Assembly: GCA_963674965.2 (NCBI GenBank)
Contig: CAXXFL010000002.1
Location: 160,001-224,000 of the forward strand
DNA from: a bacterium
Lineage (GTDB): Bacteria > RBG-13-61-14 > DATKZS01
Reading direction: 5' to 3'
Length of the DNA stretch: 64,000 bases
Position numbers and translations under genes: made by a program. Under the pieces are notes generated by a model. The model saw only the letters and a list, made by a program, of their open reading frames with translations, made no database searches and was not told the DNA's origin. Shown piece after piece: positions 47,375 to 56,673 of the stretch; position 1 is the first letter of the stretch, and each line of letters begins with the position of its first letter.

Positions 47375-48445
47375 TCAGGTCTCGATGACCACGGTCCATC
47401 CGTGGGGGTCGTCGAGCTTGCCGTACTGGATGCCGGTGATGGTATCGTAGAGCTTCTGGGCGAGGGGACCCACCTTTCCGCCGCCGATGGTGACGGTCTT
47501 TTCCTTGAAGGCAAGGGAACCCACGGCGGAAATGACCGCTGCCGTGCCCGTGCCGAAGCTCTCCTTTAACTCCCCGCTCTGGGCGGCGTCCATTACCTCG
47601 CCGATCGATAGCCTCCGCTCGCTCACCTTCATGCCCCAGTCCCTGGCCAGCTGGATCACGCTGTCGCGGGTCACGCCGGGCAGGATGGTGCCGGTAAGGG
47701 GCGATGTAACCAACTCGTCGCCTATAAGGAAGAAAATGTTCGAGGTCCCCACCTCCTCGATCCACTTGCGCTCGTTGCCGTCCAGCCACAGGACCTGGGT
47801 AAAGCCCTTGGCCGCGGCGCGCTGGGCGGCGAGCAGGCTGGCGGCGTAGTTGGCGGGGGTCTTGGCCTCGCCCAGGCCGCCGATGGCCGCCCGGATGAAC
47901 TCGTCCTCCACCAGTATCTTCACCGGCGCGAAGCCCTCCTTGTAGTAGGCCCCAACCGGGGACAGGATGATGAAGAAGATGTACCTGTCCGACACGTGGA
48001 CCCCGAGGAAGGGCTCGGTGGCGATCACCGTGGGCCGGATGTAAAGGGCCGTGCCCGCGCTTTTGGGCACCCACCTCGAGTCGGCCGCCACCAGCTCGGT
48101 GATGGCCTGAAGGTGGTCGGCCTCGTCCAGCCTGGGTATGCAGAGCCGGTCGTTGGACCTGTTCATCCTGTCGATGTTGGCCTGGGGCCGAAAGAGGATG
48201 ATCCTGTCGCCCGCGTGGAAAGCCTTCAGCCCCTCGAAGGTGGCCTGGCCGTAATGGAGCATGATGGTGGCCGGGTCCAGCGTGAAGGGCCCGTAAGGTA
48301 CAATCCTTGGGTCATACCATCCTTTGTCCTTTTGATAGTCCATGATGAACATGTGGTCGGTGAACGCCTGGCCGAACCCGAGCTTGTCCTCGGGGGGCAT
48401 GACGCCCTGTTTTCCGGACTTGGTGATGGAAATCTCCAGGGTCAT
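47375..48445 (-). CDS. ilvE: Branched-chain amino acid aminotransferase
   Basis: LGFG..FTDHM, LHYGQATFEGLKA, LYIRP, KTPANYA, EEVGTSN, ILPGVTR, GTGTAAV. Confidence 0.94.
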   Translation of the reverse strand: MTLEISITKSGKQGVMPPEDKLGFGQAFTDHMFIMDYQKDKGWYDPRIVPYGPFTLDPATIMLHYGQATFEGLKAFHAGDRIILFRPQANIDRMNRSNDRLCIPRLDEADHLQAITELVAADSRWVPKSAGTALYIRPTVIATEPFLGVHVSDRYIFFIILSPVGAYYKEGFAPVKILVEDEFIRAAIGGLGEAKTPANYAASLLAAQRAAAKGFTQVLWLDGNERKWIEEVGTSNIFFLIGDELVTSPLTGTILPGVTRDSVIQLARDWGMKVSERRLSIGEVMDAAQSGELKESFGTGTAAVISAVGSLAFKEKTVTIGGGKVGPLAQKLYDTITGIQYGKLDDPHGWTVVIET

Positions 48446-48588
48446 TACAATTGTACCTCCTTAAATTAAGCTAAATAAATATGTATACTCCCAAACGGCC
48501 ACGAGGTCAAAAGCGGACCGGTTTGGGAAAACAAATAAATTAGGAAGCCGAAAAAACGTTGGCTAACGCCATCGATTCCGAGGCCAAA

Positions 48589-48951
48589 AGCCCGTTCGCT
48601 TCGCTCACCCACGCAATATGCGTGGGCGACCCGGAATGGTGGAGGCTGGAGGTTGTTTACAAGACCCATGAGCATGGGTCGATATTACAATCAGGGTCGC
48701 CCATGCATCATGCATGGGCGGCGCAAGCCGCGGGCTGATTTCCTCACGCCTCCATTATTCTCTTACTAAGAACGAATATTAGTCTCTTTATAATCTTCTA
48801 ACCCCGCGTCCACAGCCCGTTCGCTTCGCTCACCCACGCAATATGCGTGGGCGACCCTGATTCGTGCCGTGGTTGGAAATCAGGCAATGAGCTTCAAGCC
48901 AGGGTCGCCCATGCATCATGCATGGGCGGCGCAAGCCGCGGGCTGATTTCC
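48589..48951 (+). repeat. Repeat family B cluster (four half-elements; one complete 170-bp unit at 48691-48860)
   Basis: Right arm 48589-48632, left arm 48691-48743, right arm 48814-48860, left arm 48901-48951. Confidence 0.88.
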
Positions 48952-48976
48952 TATACCATGGGGCCGGGAATTTTGA

Positions 48977-49891
48977 TTACGTCCGGGCCAGGAAGTCCAG
49001 GATATGGCCGGCGATCTCCTCGCCCTTGTCCTCCTGGAGGAAGTGGCCGGCGCCCTTGATGGCAATCTCCGGCTGCTCTTTGGCCGTTGGAATGATGAAG
49101 CGAAAATATACGTCGCCCATCCTGGTGATGGGGTCCCCATCCGAGAAAAGGGGAATGGCCGGCTTGTTCCAGGTCTTGAGGAACTCCTGGGCCGCCTTCA
49201 GCTCGGGCGCGGCCTCGTACTCGGGCGTGACCGGGACCATGAGCGGCCAGGCCCTGGCGCCGGCCTTGTACTCGGGGCCGGGGAAAGGCGCCTCGTAGGC
49301 GGCCATCACCTCGGGCGCCATCGCGAGGCCCTTGCCTATGGGATGTTCCTCGTCCAGCTCGAGGAATCCTCCCTTTAATATCTCGCCGATGGGAAGCTCG
49401 TCGGTTGCCTTGACGTAATTGATCCACGTGGTCAGGGCCGGCGGAAGCGGTCCCTCCCCGGTGGGAAGGCCCGTGTTCATGATGACCAGACGGGAGAAGC
49501 GCTCGGGCATGAGGCTGACCACCCGGAGGCCGATCAGTCCGCCCCAGTCCTGGCACGCGAGCGTGATATCCTTGAGGTCCAGCTTCTCGATAAGGGACAT
49601 GATCGTGTCCCGGTGCATCTTGTAGGAATACTCGCCCACCTCGGTGAACTTGTCCGAGCGCCCGAACCCGATGAAGTCCGGCGCGAGGACCCGGTGGTCT
49701 TTGGAGAGGGCCGGGACCATCTTCCGGTAAAGATAGCTCCAGCTCGGCTCGCCGTGCAGGCAGAGGATGGGCTCGCCCGACCCCTCGTCCACGTAATGGA
49801 CGCGCGTCTGGCCTAGCTGGGCGTAGTTGGGCCTATACGGATATCCCGGCAGGTCCTTGAATCTATCGTCAGGCGTTCTGATGACGGCCAT
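48977..49891 (-). CDS. Haloalkane dehalogenase (alpha/beta hydrolase, DhlA-like subfamily)
   Basis: RTPDDRF, HGEPSWSYLYR, QDWGG (Asp nucleophile), GAGHFLQED. Confidence 0.88.
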   Translation of the reverse strand: MAVIRTPDDRFKDLPGYPYRPNYAQLGQTRVHYVDEGSGEPILCLHGEPSWSYLYRKMVPALSKDHRVLAPDFIGFGRSDKFTEVGEYSYKMHRDTIMSLIEKLDLKDITLACQDWGGLIGLRVVSLMPERFSRLVIMNTGLPTGEGPLPPALTTWINYVKATDELPIGEILKGGFLELDEEHPIGKGLAMAPEVMAAYEAPFPGPEYKAGARAWPLMVPVTPEYEAAPELKAAQEFLKTWNKPAIPLFSDGDPITRMGDVYFRFIIPTAKEQPEIAIKGAGHFLQEDKGEEIAGHILDFLART

Positions 49892-49914
49892 GGTCCCTCT
49901 CCTTGTAAGTCCGA

Positions 49915-51735
49915 TTACTTGGCCAGGTTCTCGAGGAAGCTTAGCCTTTTGCCGCCCTTGCCGATAAACTCGGTGACTTTATCCAGGCCGGCGCCCGCCA
50001 CGATGCTTCCATCCTTGATCGGCTCCGGGCGATGCATGCCTCTTCCCTTTTTGACCAGCACCTCGTCGCCGTAGGTATTGTAGTAGGTCCAGCGGACCGG
50101 AGTCTCGTGGGACTTGGGCCCTCCGTTATTAAGCTTGGCTTTCTTCTTGACGCCGTGGGTAATATACCTGGCCATGCCCCTGGTCAGAAGGGTGGGCGGT
50201 CCGATCTCCTTTTTATAGCGGTCCTCCAGGGCGGCCGCCTTCCTTCGTACCTCGTCGCTCGGGTGATGGGTCTTGATCGAGTGCATGAACGAGTAAAAGC
50301 CCGAGGCGATGAGCTTGTCGCGCTTGGCCAGGGCCTGGCGGAAGGGGTCCTGGTCGTTTTTATATTTGGCGTAGGCGTCCATCACGCTTTCCATCATCTG
50401 CATGGTGGGCGGCCCGTTCACGTCTCTCAGCCGGTCGTGGGCGTACTCGAACATCTCGCTGACCTCTTCCCGCGTGATGTTCTTGTAGGAGAACAACTGA
50501 TCGCCCCAGAAGTGGGCGTCCTCCCACCGGTAGGAATCGAGAATCCGCTCCTCCTCCAACATGCGGTCGTATAGCTCCGTTCCCGGGCAGGGAAGGATAT
50601 GCGATATCTGGTAGAACATGGGCTTCAATTGCACGAACTGCTCGATGTCCTCCTTCAAGTTCTCCTTGGTGTGGAAGTCGAACCCAACCACCATGGAACC
50701 GGTGGGCTGAATCCCGTGGGTACGCAAGCCCTCGAAGACCTCCTTGACCTGGTTGCCCTGGCGTTTCTGGTAGGTGTCCGAGGTCTCGTTCTCGCCCGCG
50801 AGAAAACTCTCGACCCCGATCCATACCATCTGGCAGCCGTTGTCCCTTATCTCCTCGGGCGTGAACTGGGAAAGGGACCTGATCGAGCCGAAGGTGTAAT
50901 ACCTCACTCCCCAGGTGCTCTTGTGAGAGCGAAGGAGCCTTCCCAGTTCGTGGACGTATTCCTTGTTGATGAAAAAATCCTCGTCCCAGAGCATGATAAG
51001 AAGTTCCCTAAAGCCCATGCGGCGCTGGAAGTTCCGGATAAAGCGGTAGACCTGCTCGGGCTCGGCCACGTAGATTTTATTCCTCTTGAAGAAGGCGCTG
51101 GTGTTGCAGAAGTCGCAGCCGCTGGGGCATCCCAGGCTGACGAGTATGGAGGGAATTCGAAGGCGGGCGCCGTCCGATTTAATCCCGCCCGAGTGTCCGA
51201 GGAACCCGCTTATGGAGAACATGGGCATGTTGTACTGGGTGATCTCCCTGTCGATGGGCTCGTCGCCCAGGACCCGGCGCAGGAAGCGCACTCCTTCCTC
51301 GCGGCAGAGGAAGTCGGCGTTCTCGCGGATGTAGTCGGCGTCGCCCTCGACGTCGCCGGGAACGGGCGTGGACAGGGCCGAGACCCCGTATCCGCCCACG
51401 ATGATCTTTGTGTCGGGACACTTCTCCCGCGTCAGTTTGATCATCCGGGCTATCTTGGCGGTGTGAAGGCTTTTGAGCTGGAAGCCCACGTAATCGTAGC
51501 CGTTCTCGAGTTCGGCCTCGAAGTCCTCCCAGGTGGGGTTCTCGAGCACCGTGGTCGGGTTGGTGACGTTTTCCGCCAAAAGATAAAGCGCGAAGTAATG
51601 GCCATACATGTCGAGCTGGAAATCCCCGTGCTTTCTGGTCCACCTGGTACTCATAAGGTTGAGGGGGTCCTCGCCCCGGAGGGGGGCGTTGGGGCAGTAG
51701 CTCGCCGTTAAAAGAACTCTCGGTTTGTTATTCAA
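49915..51735 (-). CDS. Radical SAM protein with an N-terminal B12-binding-like domain
   Basis: GCPSGCDFC, DEDF, IGVES, PCPGTELY; TTG start. Confidence 0.85.
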   Translation of the reverse strand: MNNKPRVLLTASYCPNAPLRGEDPLNLMSTRWTRKHGDFQLDMYGHYFALYLLAENVTNPTTVLENPTWEDFEAELENGYDYVGFQLKSLHTAKIARMIKLTREKCPDTKIIVGGYGVSALSTPVPGDVEGDADYIRENADFLCREEGVRFLRRVLGDEPIDREITQYNMPMFSISGFLGHSGGIKSDGARLRIPSILVSLGCPSGCDFCNTSAFFKRNKIYVAEPEQVYRFIRNFQRRMGFRELLIMLWDEDFFINKEYVHELGRLLRSHKSTWGVRYYTFGSIRSLSQFTPEEIRDNGCQMVWIGVESFLAGENETSDTYQKRQGNQVKEVFEGLRTHGIQPTGSMVVGFDFHTKENLKEDIEQFVQLKPMFYQISHILPCPGTELYDRMLEEERILDSYRWEDAHFWGDQLFSYKNITREEVSEMFEYAHDRLRDVNGPPTMQMMESVMDAYAKYKNDQDPFRQALAKRDKLIASGFYSFMHSIKTHHPSDEVRRKAAALEDRYKKEIGPPTLLTRGMARYITHGVKKKAKLNNGGPKSHETPVRWTYYNTYGDEVLVKKGRGMHRPEPIKDGSIVAGAGLDKVTEFIGKGGKRLSFLENLAK

Positions 51736-52155
51736 TTTATTTTCCTTATCCGCGCGAGGCGCGTTTTCGCGCGAGCGTCTCCATAAAGAGCGGACGCCCG
51801 CGTCCGGTTAGACTGAGGTTATTTGGATTTCACTCCCCAAGTCGGCCGGCAAAGGGGGGGCCGGATTTCCGTTATTCCCTCTCACGCGGGAAGTCCCCAC
51901 ACGGACGGGCCCTTTGGATATTTCCCTTCCAACCGACAATCAAGTCTAATGAGAAAAACTCGATTTGTCAAATTCTTTGTTCAAATATAAAATGGCCCCC
52001 AAACGCGGGAAACCCGCTTGTTGAGCAGGTGGTAAAGAATATACACCAGTCGGTAAACCGGATAATATTGACGAAATATTATCATTCAATAGTATCCATG
52101 ACGCCAGGACATGGCAATAAAATACGGCCGGCGCCAACGCTTTTGGGGCGCTTGT

Positions 52156-53559
52156 TCACCGGTCGGGTCCGAAGTCCACGTCCGCTGCGGGCAGGTCTAG
52201 GTAGCGCCCGCTTTCGAGGGCCATCCTTACCGCTATGCCCAGGGCGTCGACCAGGTCGTCGTGTCCGGACTCGGGGAAGGCCAGCATCTCCTCGATCAAG
52301 TCGCCCGCCCCGGTCTCGGGAAAAGTAATCCTTCCCGTCTGCACCAGTCCCTGCAGCCTCATGGCCCGGGCCACCTTGTCCCTGGTCTGCACCACCGACG
52401 AGACCGGGACCCGGCCGTCGCCGCGCAGTCTCTGGACCAGGGCCTCCTGGTAGGAGTTGGACTCGATACCCACCGTCACCACGGGAAAGTCGGTCGAGTC
52501 GTGGGCCGCGAACAAGGTCTTCACCGTCTCGAACTGTTCCTCAAAGGTCAGGCGCGAGCGGTAGATCGAGACCAGGTGAATAGATTTGCCCGACGAGGCC
52601 ACGGTGACGTGGGCGAAGTAGTCGTTGTGGTCCGCCAGGCCGATGGCCAGGTCCACGCCCTGGAACTTCCGGCCCGCCGGCGGGGCCGGGCCGAAACGTA
52701 TCCACTCGGGACGGAATATCTTGCCCTGCATCAGGCTCACGTCGTTTTGATACTGGGAGTTGAATATGGCCGGGCCCGCCTCCTCCCGTTTTTTCCGCAG
52801 GGCCTTAAGAGGGAACTTCTCCTCCCACAGGGCCTTCTCCGATTCTCCGCTTCCCGTAATGGCCTTCTCGATATAAACGGGGACACCCCTTTTAATAAGC
52901 CGCCCGTAAAGGTCGTCGTAATGGTAGCGGGTGCCGATGACCCGAAGCTTGCCTCCGGGCTCGAGGGTGGGTAAAAGTACCTTGTAGTACCAGTTGAAGA
53001 GCCGCTCCCTGCCGCTCCTGGACCTGGCCGACTCCTCGTCCACCACGTCGTCCAGGATGATGAGGTCGTAATGCTTGCTGATGACGGGTCCCAGCGCGCC
53101 CAGGGCGGTGACGGTCGGCTCCTTGGCCGTTTTCGTTCGGGACGCGAGGCATATCTCGGTCTCGGTCCAGGGGGTCCCCTTCAGGCCTCCGGCGATCCGG
53201 ACCACCTCGGGGTTGGACTCGAGGTGGCTCTTGATCTCGCGCAGGAAACCCGAGGCCTGGGCCTGGGTGCTCGAGGCGATGAGCACCCTCACGTCGGGGT
53301 CATCGAGCGCCCGCCGCAGGGTATAGGCCACGGTCATGACGGTCGACTTCCCGTGCCCGCGAGGGGCGAGAAGGAGGGACGTCTCGCGGTCGGCGGCGAA
53401 CCTCCACCATCTCGAGTGGAAGTCGAGGAACTGGTAATTGAGGGTCTTGGTAACGAACTCTTCGTCGTCCTCCAAGGCCTCGGGCTGATCCCGGTTCTCG
53501 AGGAAGTCGATCCAGTTTTCAATCATCTCTCGCCTTTGCTTCCCACTGGCCTTACTCAT
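52156..53559 (-). CDS. Phage terminase large subunit
   Basis: Walker A APRGHGKST, Walker B IILDD, GTRY coupling motif, nuclease GVDLA...DYFA...HDDLVDAL; GGAGG RBS. Confidence 0.9.
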   Translation of the reverse strand: MSKASGKQRREMIENWIDFLENRDQPEALEDDEEFVTKTLNYQFLDFHSRWWRFAADRETSLLLAPRGHGKSTVMTVAYTLRRALDDPDVRVLIASSTQAQASGFLREIKSHLESNPEVVRIAGGLKGTPWTETEICLASRTKTAKEPTVTALGALGPVISKHYDLIILDDVVDEESARSRSGRERLFNWYYKVLLPTLEPGGKLRVIGTRYHYDDLYGRLIKRGVPVYIEKAITGSGESEKALWEEKFPLKALRKKREEAGPAIFNSQYQNDVSLMQGKIFRPEWIRFGPAPPAGRKFQGVDLAIGLADHNDYFAHVTVASSGKSIHLVSIYRSRLTFEEQFETVKTLFAAHDSTDFPVVTVGIESNSYQEALVQRLRGDGRVPVSSVVQTRDKVARAMRLQGLVQTGRITFPETGAGDLIEEMLAFPESGHDDLVDALGIAVRMALESGRYLDLPAADVDFGPDR

Positions 53560-53605
53560 TTTTTCCTCCCTTCTATCCTGGTTGAAAGCTTTGCGCCGCC
53601 GCGAT

Positions 53606-54076
53606 TAGCCTGGGTCGCCCATGCATGATGCATGGGCGGCGCAAGCCGCGGGCTGATTTCCAATCTCCTTCGGGACCCCTTCCGGCCCTATCGGTCGCGA
53701 TTAATTACTTCGTCAAAATCTTCCACCCCCGCGTCCCCAGACCGTTCGCTTCGCTCACCCACGCATGATGCGTGGGCGACCCTTCGTGCCGGCGGAGTCA
53801 CCCCGCCCAGCGCGGGTGGCGCGGATAGCTCGCCTATCCGCGCGGCGAAGCCGTTGGATTTTCATGTACTAGCCTGGGTCGCCCATGCATCATGCATGGG
53901 CGGCGCAAGCCGCGGGCTGATTTCCAATCTTCTTCGCGACTTCTTCCGGCCCTATCGGTCGCGATTAATTACTTCGTCAAAATCTTCCACCCCCGCGTCC
54001 CCAGCCCGTTCGCTTCGCTCACCCACGCATGATGCGTGGGCGACCCTTCGTGCCGGCGGAGTCACCCCGCCCAGCG
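53606..54076 (+). repeat. Direct duplication of a 207-bp unit (53606-53812 and 53870-54076), each containing a complete family B element
   Basis: Near-identical copies with a 264-bp period; GCGCGGATAG/CTATCCGCGC hairpin between them. Confidence 0.92.
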
Positions 54077-54704
54077 ATAAACCCGCGCAGATGGCGGCCA
54101 GGGCCTCGCCGTCCTCCTCGGTGCCGGTCTCCATTTTGACTTGCTCGATCCTTTGCTCGATGACTCTTTTTTCGTCGGGTGAGACGACGGCGGCGAAGAG
54201 CTCGAACTCGGGCTGAGGAACGCTCTCTGCTGCCGCGGCCTGGAGGGCTCCTTCCGCCTCCCCGGCGCTTTGGATGACCGACTCGATCATGCACTCGATC
54301 TCGCGGTCGGACCAGGGCAAGAGTGACGCCATCTCGGCGGCGCTCATCTCATGGCTCAGCTTTTCGAGGAGGGCGGCCAGAAGCTCGGGATCGTTTTCTC
54401 CATGGAGCTCGTTCATCTGGAGGGTCTTAAGCATGGCCTGGGCGTCGTCCAGTTCGGCCACCACCACCGGGACCCGGTCCAGTCCGGCCATATGGGCCGC
54501 CATAAGACGGTGTTCTCCGTCCACCACCTCGAGGCCGCGGCCTTTCCTTCTGGCCAGGATGGGCGCGGAAAAGCCTCGTTGTTCTATCTCCCGCGCCAGC
54601 TTGGCCAGCTTGACCGGACCCATGCGGTTGGGGTTCCATGGGTTGGGCGCGAGGTCCCCGGTGGGTACCCACTCGATCTCAATTCGGCTCGATCCACAGT
54701 CCAT
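53952..54704 (-). CDS. ParB/Srx N-terminal-domain protein (phage type)
   Basis: LAPNPWNPNRM, GFSAPIL, VVDGEHR, MNELHGE; last ~40 codons are encoded by repeat DNA. Confidence 0.85.
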   Translation of the reverse strand: MDCGSSRIEIEWVPTGDLAPNPWNPNRMGPVKLAKLAREIEQRGFSAPILARRKGRGLEVVDGEHRLMAAHMAGLDRVPVVVAELDDAQAMLKTLQMNELHGENDPELLAALLEKLSHEMSAAEMASLLPWSDREIECMIESVIQSAGEAEGALQAAAAESVPQPEFELFAAVVSPDEKRVIEQRIEQVKMETGTEEDGEALAAICAGLSLGGVTPPARRVAHASCVGERSERAGDAGVEDFDEVINRDR

Positions 54705-55326
54705 AGTAATAAACCATCCTTCCCCTTTTCCAGGCGTCAATGAATCCCTTGATCGCGAACCCTTTCCTTTCGGCCAGGTCGCGCCAGTACGCTTTCACGG
54801 CCAACTCGTGGTTGGCGGCCAGGACCGGTCCCGGCTTGGCCCATTGGCCGCCTCTTCGGCCCCCCGGCCTTCCCGGCCAGAGGGCCTCCGCCTTGACTTT
54901 TCCTCCCCTGGCCATGGCCAGCCTCGAGCCGTCGGTAACGGCGACGGCCACTCTCTCCCTTGGTCTCCAGTCCCGGAAAAACGCCTCGATCGTGGGCGCG
55001 GGATTTCCATAGGCGTCGAAGTCGAGGTAACAAATTCCCCCCAGCCTCGGGGCGATCTCCCGAGCGAACCGGAGGTTGTTCATCCTGAGGGGAATGACGT
55101 TCGAGACCGACTCCGCCTCGAGCCTCGAGAGGAGGGCCGAGAATTTTTTAGGGCTTCTCTCGACGGCAAAAACCCTCTCGAAGCCGCCCAGGACGCCGGC
55201 GGCCAGGGAACCGTCGCCCGCGTAAAGGTCGGCGGCCTCGCCGGGACGGACGCCCGCCGCGAGCCTCCTCCTGAGTATCCACTTGATCTCACGGAAACCG
55301 TGGTCCTTTTTTCGTCTCCCGCTCAT
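54679..55326 (-). CDS. Class I SAM-dependent methyltransferase, Trm1/TcmP-like
   Basis: Motif I DLYAGDG, acidic VE after strand 2, motif IV LDFDAYGNP, VTDG; GGAGG RBS. Confidence 0.7.
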   Translation of the reverse strand: MSGRRKKDHGFREIKWILRRRLAAGVRPGEAADLYAGDGSLAAGVLGGFERVFAVERSPKKFSALLSRLEAESVSNVIPLRMNNLRFAREIAPRLGGICYLDFDAYGNPAPTIEAFFRDWRPRERVAVAVTDGSRLAMARGGKVKAEALWPGRPGGRRGGQWAKPGPVLAANHELAVKAYWRDLAERKGFAIKGFIDAWKRGRMVYYYGLWIEPN

Positions 55327-55360
55327 GGCGCTTCCTCCCGAGGAGCGCGTTGACTCGCGC

Positions 55361-55388
55361 TTGACAATACTCGCCAGAATGCCATAAT
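55361..55388 (+). promoter_or_regulatory. Sigma70-type promoter in the 92-bp divergent gap
   Basis: TTGACA-16 nt-CATAAT with TGn; an overlapping TATAAT on the opposite strand; AGGAG RBS before 55419. Confidence 0.5.
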
Positions 55389-55418
55389 TATAAGTATGGA
55401 ATATTCAGGAGAATCGAC

Positions 55419-56666
55419 ATGAGTCTTGACAAGGAAAAACCCGGGACCGTGAAAGAGGAATGCATCGAGGACCACGAGGCCGAGACCGCGGCCCACGAGG
55501 CCTTCCAGGAGATGAAATCGGAGTCGGCCAAGCAAAGCGAGCGCGAGTACCAACGCATGGCCCTCGACCTCCGCTGGGAGGTCCTCGAGTACGTGGACGC
55601 CCATCCCGAGAAGTCGGTCGTCGAGATCGCCAGGCTCTTTGGCATCAAGGAGGGGTCCATACGGGCCTGGAAGGCGCACAGGACCATGGGAACCTATCGC
55701 GAAAATATGGCGGGCAAGGAAAAAACTACCCACCGGGCAAGACAGGCCCCGCTCTTCAAGAGCGAGGCGACGCCCAAGAACAATACGAGGAATTTCATCG
55801 AGAGGAAGCGCTACTCGAACTTCATCCACTTTTTCGACAAGACGCCTCCGGGCGTGGTGTGCCCCCATTTTTATATCCTGGCCCACGCCAACGGCTGCCC
55901 TTATTTCTGCGACTACTGCTACCTTCGGCTCACGCTCCGCCATTACCCCGAGCCCACGGTCTTCTCGAACACGGCCCGCATGTTCCAGGAGATTCGGGAC
56001 TGGCTCCTTTCCAACGAGAGGCCATCCATGCTCAACGCCGGAGAGCTTAGCGACGCCCTGGCCTGGGACCATGAAACCGGGCTCTCGGCCAATCTCATCT
56101 CGCTTTTCTCGGGGCAGTCGAGGCACAAGCTTCTGCTTTTGACCAAGTCCACCAACGTGGAGGGCATCCTTGGTCTCGAGCCCACGCCCCAGGCCGTGAT
56201 CAGCTTCTCCATCAACGCGGCCAAGGTCGCCCGCGCCTATGAAAGGGGGGCGCCCCCGCCGGAGAAAAGGCTCGAGTCCGCGGCGCGCCTGGCCGAGGCG
56301 GGGTGGGAGGTCCGGCTCCGGCTCGATCCCCTCATTCCCATCGAGGGATGGCGAGACGAGTACGCCTCCATGATCGACAAGATCAACGCCGTCGGACCCG
56401 GCGCGGTCACCCTCGGGTCCCTCAGGTTCTTTCGGGCCCTCCTCAGTCACGCTCCCCGCGGAACGGACGTCTTCGAGCATGGGGTCAACCATCAGGACCC
56501 GGACAACCGCCTTCGGGTACCGCTCGAGAAAAGACTCGAGATGTACCGATTCTGTCTCGAGAGGATCGAGGCCCCCCGCCTGGGCCTTTGCAAGGAAACC
56601 GAGCCGGTCCACCGGGAACTGGGACTTCCCGGCATGGGCCAGTCCTGCAACTGCACGGTCGAGTGA
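55419..56666 (+). CDS. Spore photoproduct lyase-like radical SAM protein with an N-terminal helix-turn-helix
   Basis: HTH SVVEIARLFGIKEGSIRAWK; NGCPYFCDYCYL; GELSD, LLTKS, SFSIN, RLDP, LCKE. Confidence 0.82.
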   Translation: MSLDKEKPGTVKEECIEDHEAETAAHEAFQEMKSESAKQSEREYQRMALDLRWEVLEYVDAHPEKSVVEIARLFGIKEGSIRAWKAHRTMGTYRENMAGKEKTTHRARQAPLFKSEATPKNNTRNFIERKRYSNFIHFFDKTPPGVVCPHFYILAHANGCPYFCDYCYLRLTLRHYPEPTVFSNTARMFQEIRDWLLSNERPSMLNAGELSDALAWDHETGLSANLISLFSGQSRHKLLLLTKSTNVEGILGLEPTPQAVISFSINAAKVARAYERGAPPPEKRLESAARLAEAGWEVRLRLDPLIPIEGWRDEYASMIDKINAVGPGAVTLGSLRFFRALLSHAPRGTDVFEHGVNHQDPDNRLRVPLEKRLEMYRFCLERIEAPRLGLCKETEPVHRELGLPGMGQSCNCTVE

Positions 56667-56673
56667 GTTTGGT

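Noticed and set aside
48589-48951. Repeat cluster as a CRISPR array
   Set aside because: The repeats alternate between two different inverted arms, spacing is irregular and no cas genes are present
53632-54216. 194-aa + strand ORF with an internal duplication (also the small ORFs at 45104-45310, 48466-48675, 48847-49059)
   Set aside because: These are translations of family B repeat DNA; the same peptide fragments recur wherever the repeat occurs
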